This document shows, piece after piece, positions 59,604-64,000 of a DNA stretch of 64,000 nucleotides. The translations under genes were made by a program, and so were the position numbers. The DNA comes from Diadema antillarum (taxonomy: Eukaryota): contig NW_027271623.1 of NCBI RefSeq assembly GCF_040938485.1, forward strand, positions 147,756-211,755, written 5' to 3'. The stretch's first letter is position 1. Each line of letters opens with the position of its first letter. The notes beneath the pieces were generated by a model that was not told the DNA's origin, did not search any database, and saw nothing but the letters and a program-made list of their open reading frames with translations.

Positions 59604-59732
59604 GGGGGGCATTTCATGAAGCATTTTGTCTGACAACTTGTCGGACAAATTTGCTTTCAGCCAATCAGATGCAAGGATTTCGGTAGCTTTTAACAGTTTG
59701 TCAGACAAAATATCTGACAAAAGGCTTCATGA
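59604..59732. mobile_element. Palindromic MITE (~129 bp) with TIR GGGGGGCATTTCATGAAGCATTTTG
   Basis: GGGGGGCATTTCATGAAGC…GCTTCATGAAATGCCCCCC. Confidence 0.7.
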
Positions 59733-59733
59733 A

Positions 59734-59882
59734 ATGCCCCCCTGTGGGGCATTTCATGAAGCATTTTGGTCGGATATTTTTTTGACAGACTGTTACAAGC
59801 TATTGAAAACCTTGCATATGATTGGCTGAGAGCCCAATTTGTCCGACAACTTTCGAACAAAATGCTTCATGAAATGCCCCCC
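59734..59882. mobile_element. Second, tandem copy of the same MITE family (~148 bp)
   Basis: GTGGGGCATTTCATGAAGCATTTTGG…AAAATGCTTCATGAAATGCCCCCC. Confidence 0.7.
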
Positions 59883-59883
59883 A

Positions 59884-60138
59884 GGTTTTCACTTCGTCTA
59901 CGAGAGAACGCAGGGGTATGTTTGTTTGTAACTTACTCACACCTCCACTGGGTACGGGCGTTCCTTTCCTGCACACAGGGCATGTTATAGTTTGTTCGTC
60001 GGGCTGAGTTTGAAAGATACGTCCCAGACAGTCCTTGCAGAAGGTGTGAGAACATGTCAGTGATTTAGGTTGGTTGAAAAGTGTCAGACAAATAGGGCAC
60101 TCCAGATTCTGGCTGCTGATTTGATGAAACGTTGCCAT
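59884..60138 (-). pseudogene. TRIM-like paralog 3, orphaned 5' coding segment (RING finger, 85 aa up to …LVDEVKT)
   Basis: MATFHQISSQNLECPICLTLFNQPKSLTCSHTFCKDCLGRIFQTQPDEQTITCPVCRKGTPVPSGGVSKLQTNIPLRSLVDEVKT, then the reading frame runs into the MITE terminus. In the intact paralog the next residues are KSPTCTVCE, which here resume at 56982. Confidence 0.8.
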
Positions 60139-61884
60139 AGTGTCTGTCTGTCTGTCTGTCTATAAGCAAAAGAATCACATAACAGTAAACACATCAACAA
60201 GGACTTACCGATATATAATACGTGTATCAATATTAATAGAAAAGGAAAGTAAATGGGAGGCTTGTCGAAAGAATTTTACATTCGCAAGACCGAACAAAGT
60301 AATGAAAAACAAATTAAGATACTTGTGCAAATACCGTTTATTAATTACCAAGCATGCTTTATTCCCGGGTTCAATATCGCTAATTTATGTCTGCTCATTT
60401 AAGTGGACCCCACAACGTCTCATGCATCCCGAGAGTCTTTCATACGATGGTACCACTTTAGAATAAATGCGATATTTAGTATCACTCTGTGAGACCTGAA
60501 AGGAGCATTAGATAAACAAGGAATAGAAGGATGACCATGCACTCACAAAAATGTGATGAGGTGATCTTAGCAGGTATTTGCGGAATGGCTTATCTAATCA
60601 TGACCCTGTGTATAACCAAGGAGGTACTAGGCAAGCCTAGTACCTCCTTGGTATAACGCATGTAGGCCTATTATGTCCTCCCACGAGTTGCCATACACGT
60701 TAAAAAATAACATCAACAAGAACCGTAGCGATGTGAAAGAAATGATTCGCTAGAAAGGCATTATCGTTTGACTGTCTGTATTTCATGTAATAAGGTGTCC
60801 TTCAATTAAGACATAAGAAATATCCATGTATTGAATGATAGTCCCATTAGGTGTTTTGATTTTCTTTATTTGCATGAAGATGTTTTCTTTTGTCTTTGTG
60901 TTGGGGGAGTTTCGTATAGCGGGTACAACTCTTGCCTTAAAAAGAGAGGTGCCGAGATCGAAGAACTGCTGAGTGTTTTCGTCAGTTGACAAAATGACTC
61001 AGGTGTAAAAATGGGTTACTGCATGATGATGGTAATGCTTGATTAACAATAAAAGCAGTTTGTTTGTTTGTTTGATTTTTTGGCCGAAGAGTGCTAATAC
61101 TTTAGAGTCTGTTCTGGTAAGTAAGACGATGCTATTCTTTTTGCCATTATTATGTGACGTTTGAAGACTCTTTCTTTTACTTCGTACGTCAAGAGCAGAT
61201 AGGCACAAAGAAAACATTTCTTCCTGGGATCGATCAAATACGAGTAGAGAAACAAAACCTGTAGCAGTATTTTTATAGGAAAGTGTAACAGCCTTCGATG
61301 TTAAAGAAATCGATCGACAAATGGTGCAGAAAAATGAATGAATTAACTGAGTAGAGAAGAAGGATCCTAAAACCCTCAATTGGGTGGCTGAAGGCAGTCA
61401 GTTGTGGACTTGATCTCATAACTAGGTTCACGCATATGCCATTTTATTTGGCGTCGAGAGAAATGAGACTACATGAACAATTTAATGGCATGATTGGCTT
61501 TCTTTTTTCTCTTTGCAGCCACCATTATCGTTAAATAACCTTATTTCTGCTCGAACACTTGGTGCTGTCTTGTGTGAACTTTATAAAGGGATCCTTACGT
61601 CATTTTGGTCTAGGAGAACATCCTTTCATTTGGATTAGAATATACTTATCTAAGTAGTTGACTCCCACCCCCCCCCCCGACAAAAGAGCAAAAATGAGAA
61701 GAATATTGACAGAGCAGTGACAGAGTGGCGCTCTCACCCGACATCCTCGTCGCTCCTCTTACTGAAGCAAATGTTTTAGGTCATGAAATCTCCACAATTG
61801 ATACTTTGAGAAATAAAGCAATTTCAGCCTTGATACCAAAGTCCCCAAAGAAAGAGAACAATTAAAAAGAGACGGGTATCGCCA

Positions 61885-62828
61885 TTAAAGGGAACGTAAA
61901 CCCAAAGAGCAACGTGGATTGAGTGAAAGCAGTAACATTAGTAGAACACATCAGTGAAAGTTTGAGGAAAATCGGGCAATCGATGCAAAAGTTATGAATT
62001 TTTAAAGTTTTGGTGTTGGAACTGCTGGGTAAGGAGACTACTAGAGGTTATGACGTATGAGAGGACTACAACATTTATTTATTCAGTCTTCTTTAAAAAC
62101 AGGGTAGTCTTTTCAGAGCCAAAAGGCCTGCTTTTAAAAAGAGCCCTGTTAACATAAATATAACAATTACACATCGAAACATATTTGCATAAAATAATGT
62201 AAACAAAAAAAGTAATTACATCAAAACCAAAATATACCAAGTCAAAACACAATAACAACTAAACAGGAAAACAAACAAACAAACAAAACGAAACAGAAAC
62301 CATTAAACTAAGCTCATAACAGAACAATATGCTACATAACAAGACAGGGTAACCAACCTGCCACATAACAGTTGTGGCTACAGTTAGTGCGCAAAACTGT
62401 AAGAATGAATAAACCAGAATTTGCGTCAAATCTGCACTTACGACATGAAGAAAATATAAAGGGAATTCAATAGAAATTCATTTTTCATGAAAATTACACA
62501 TTCCATCAACTTGATACTGACATATGTTAGGGGTAGCACTTATTCCCCCTGCTTTCTGAAAGCGGTTAGTGAAGTACTCTTTCATTTTGCTATAAAAGTG
62601 ATTTTTTTTGTGTGTGGAATTCCTTTTATATTTTCTTTGTATTGTTGTCCACTCATACGTCATAACCTCTAGTAGTCTCCTCATTCAGCGGTTCCAACAC
62701 CAAAACTTTAAAAATTCTTAACTTTTGCATCGATTGTCCGATTTTCCTCAAACTTTCACTGATGTGTTCTAATAATGTTAATGCTTTTACTCAATCCACA
62801 TTGCTCTTTGAGTTTGCATTCCTTTTAA
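61885..62828. mobile_element. Foldback MITE, family FB-2, copy b (944 bp; ~215-bp inverted arms, ~530-bp core), flanked by a TTAA target-site duplication
   Basis: Arms 61889-62100 and 62630-62824 are reverse complements. The paralogous sequence upstream of TRIM copy 2 (23615-23640, …CTATTAAGCACTGAAACGTCC…) is an empty site with a single TTAA. Confidence 0.85.
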
Positions 62829-64000
62829 GCACTACGGATATAAACGTCCCAAGATGTATCAACACACAAGCTACAAAATTATATGCTATCTGATATTGGG
62901 TATGTGTGTATTGTACAAAATTAGAGTTATCAATAGCCTTGTGTTTATAATCTTCCTAATTTCTCCATTGTCATGTTAAAAACCTTTGAGAGGCTATTTA
63001 GCGTCAAAGTGCATTTAAGGAAAGGAAATTTGTGTAACAGCATCGTTTAGACTAAGTTTGTTCTGTATCTGCAGACACTATGATCGAGTTCCAAATATTC
63101 TACAAGCATGAATAGACACCTCTCGTGTGCTTCAGTCTAAGTTATGAAAAGGAAGTGATTTAGCAGGTCGCACTGTTAACATAATAAAAAGAAAAGAAAA
63201 AGGAAGTCCTAAAGAGTTCTGAATTGGACCTAGTTCTACTCGCGTCTCATAATTCGCTAGCCTCTTATCTTTTTGCATAGATTTGTGATAAGATAGTTAA
63301 ACATTGTTTTATTTCCAAAGGAGAAAGTAAGTAATATCTCTATTCAAATAGCATTTTCATGAAAGCCTGTATTTCAGTTTTTCTGCCTGCCAAATGTATT
63401 ACAAATTATATCATAGGTTGGAGGATTAAACATTCTAAGTCAAACAGCAAAGTCATAACAGAAATGTTAAACAACCAAACGAGGGAGAATCAATTCTAAG
63501 CGTATTCAGTGACCATGCATTATTGTAAAACCATGCGCGTCACGCACAAGTAACATGCGTGTGTATGGATATTGTTTCTCATGCTTACCAAGTATGCCGT
63601 ACTTCCGGGTTCAACATTGTCGATTTATGTCTGGCTCCGAAGTACAGTTAGGCATGGGATAACAACCTGTAATCGGCAGGGAGGCAAACGCAGCTTCGAT
63701 TGAATGTGGTCTTACTTTCTAAATATCCTGATAGAGTATATTACGAGTTTGGAGAAATGAAAGACAGATCATTACAAAGCACTCCCAAAACGGTCTAGAG
63801 CTATCAAATACAAATGAGCACGTCTGCTTATCATGACCTCTTCGCTGTGACCTTTGTTTATACTAATTCTAGCAGCGGGTTTTCCCCACTGTGTGTCTAT
63901 CTGAAAGTCACAGCCCATTATGTAGTGTATATCGCCTCGTAAAGTGAGGTATGCTTGCGACATTGACTTTGGCAAATTCATTGGAAAGAGGATGATATTA

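Noticed and set aside
56985-59885. Possibility that the 2.9-kb block inside TRIM copy 3 is an ordinary intron
   Set aside because: Paralogs 1 and 2 are uninterrupted at this codon. The block is made of recognisable TIR elements. No GT…AG pair coincides with the coding junctions (the junction reads AAAACC|TGGGGGG on the coding strand). Cryptic splicing cannot be excluded without RNA data.
1-64000. Prokaryotic-style novel system (defence island, operon, CRISPR array)
   Set aside because: The sequence is eukaryotic: microsatellites, LINEs with APE+RT, gypsy gag-pol, TRIM genes, tRNA-SINEs. There are no operon-like collinear ORFs, no RBS-spaced genes, and no CRISPR repeat-spacer periodicity. The only regular repeats are microsatellites and TE termini.

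Overview
This 64-kb window is AT-rich eukaryotic (metazoan, probably marine-invertebrate) accessory DNA. There is no prokaryotic defence system, operon or CRISPR array here; the content is a tandem array of three intronless TRIM-like genes (RING, two B-boxes, coiled coil, NHL-like beta-propeller) embedded in dense transposable-element sequence.

The three TRIM paralogs all lie on the minus strand. The copy at 21414-23264 is intact. The copy at 8363-10269 is degenerate, with an internal deletion and frameshifts. The copy at 55351-60138 is split between its RING and B-box1 by a nested 2.6-kb TIR element plus two ~140-bp palindromic MITEs. The part of that copy downstream of the insertion retains an uninterrupted 527-aa reading frame.

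The largest feature is a ~17-kb composite LTR retrotransposon (36353-53313) with ~99.7% identical 0.94-kb LTRs, inserted into a (TA)n microsatellite. It carries a GC-rich Ty3/gypsy gag-pol on the minus strand (CCHC gag; protease, RT, RNase H, HHCC-DDE-GPY/F integrase), an extra 174-aa ORF after pol, a polypurine tract, a rearranged 5' leader, and a nested AT-rich LINE with an intact 1043-aa APE+RT ORF2. An L1-type ORF1p gene (coiled coil, RRM and C-terminal domain) sits 1.5 kb upstream of that ORF2, but its base composition matches the gypsy element rather than the LINE.

Other content:
- Several truncated CR1/L2-like LINE fragments.
- Three tRNA-derived SINE copies.
- Three families of long-stem foldback MITEs. 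Two of these end in TTAAAGG...CCTTTAA, and for one copy the paralogous empty site shows a TTAA target-site duplication, which is piggyBac-like.
- A ~4-6 kb segmental duplication (1-6450 vs 24790-28810).
- Many microsatellites.
- A near-palindromic 14-mer, GGTAACTCGCGTTAC, that recurs six times at ~160-190 bp spacing.
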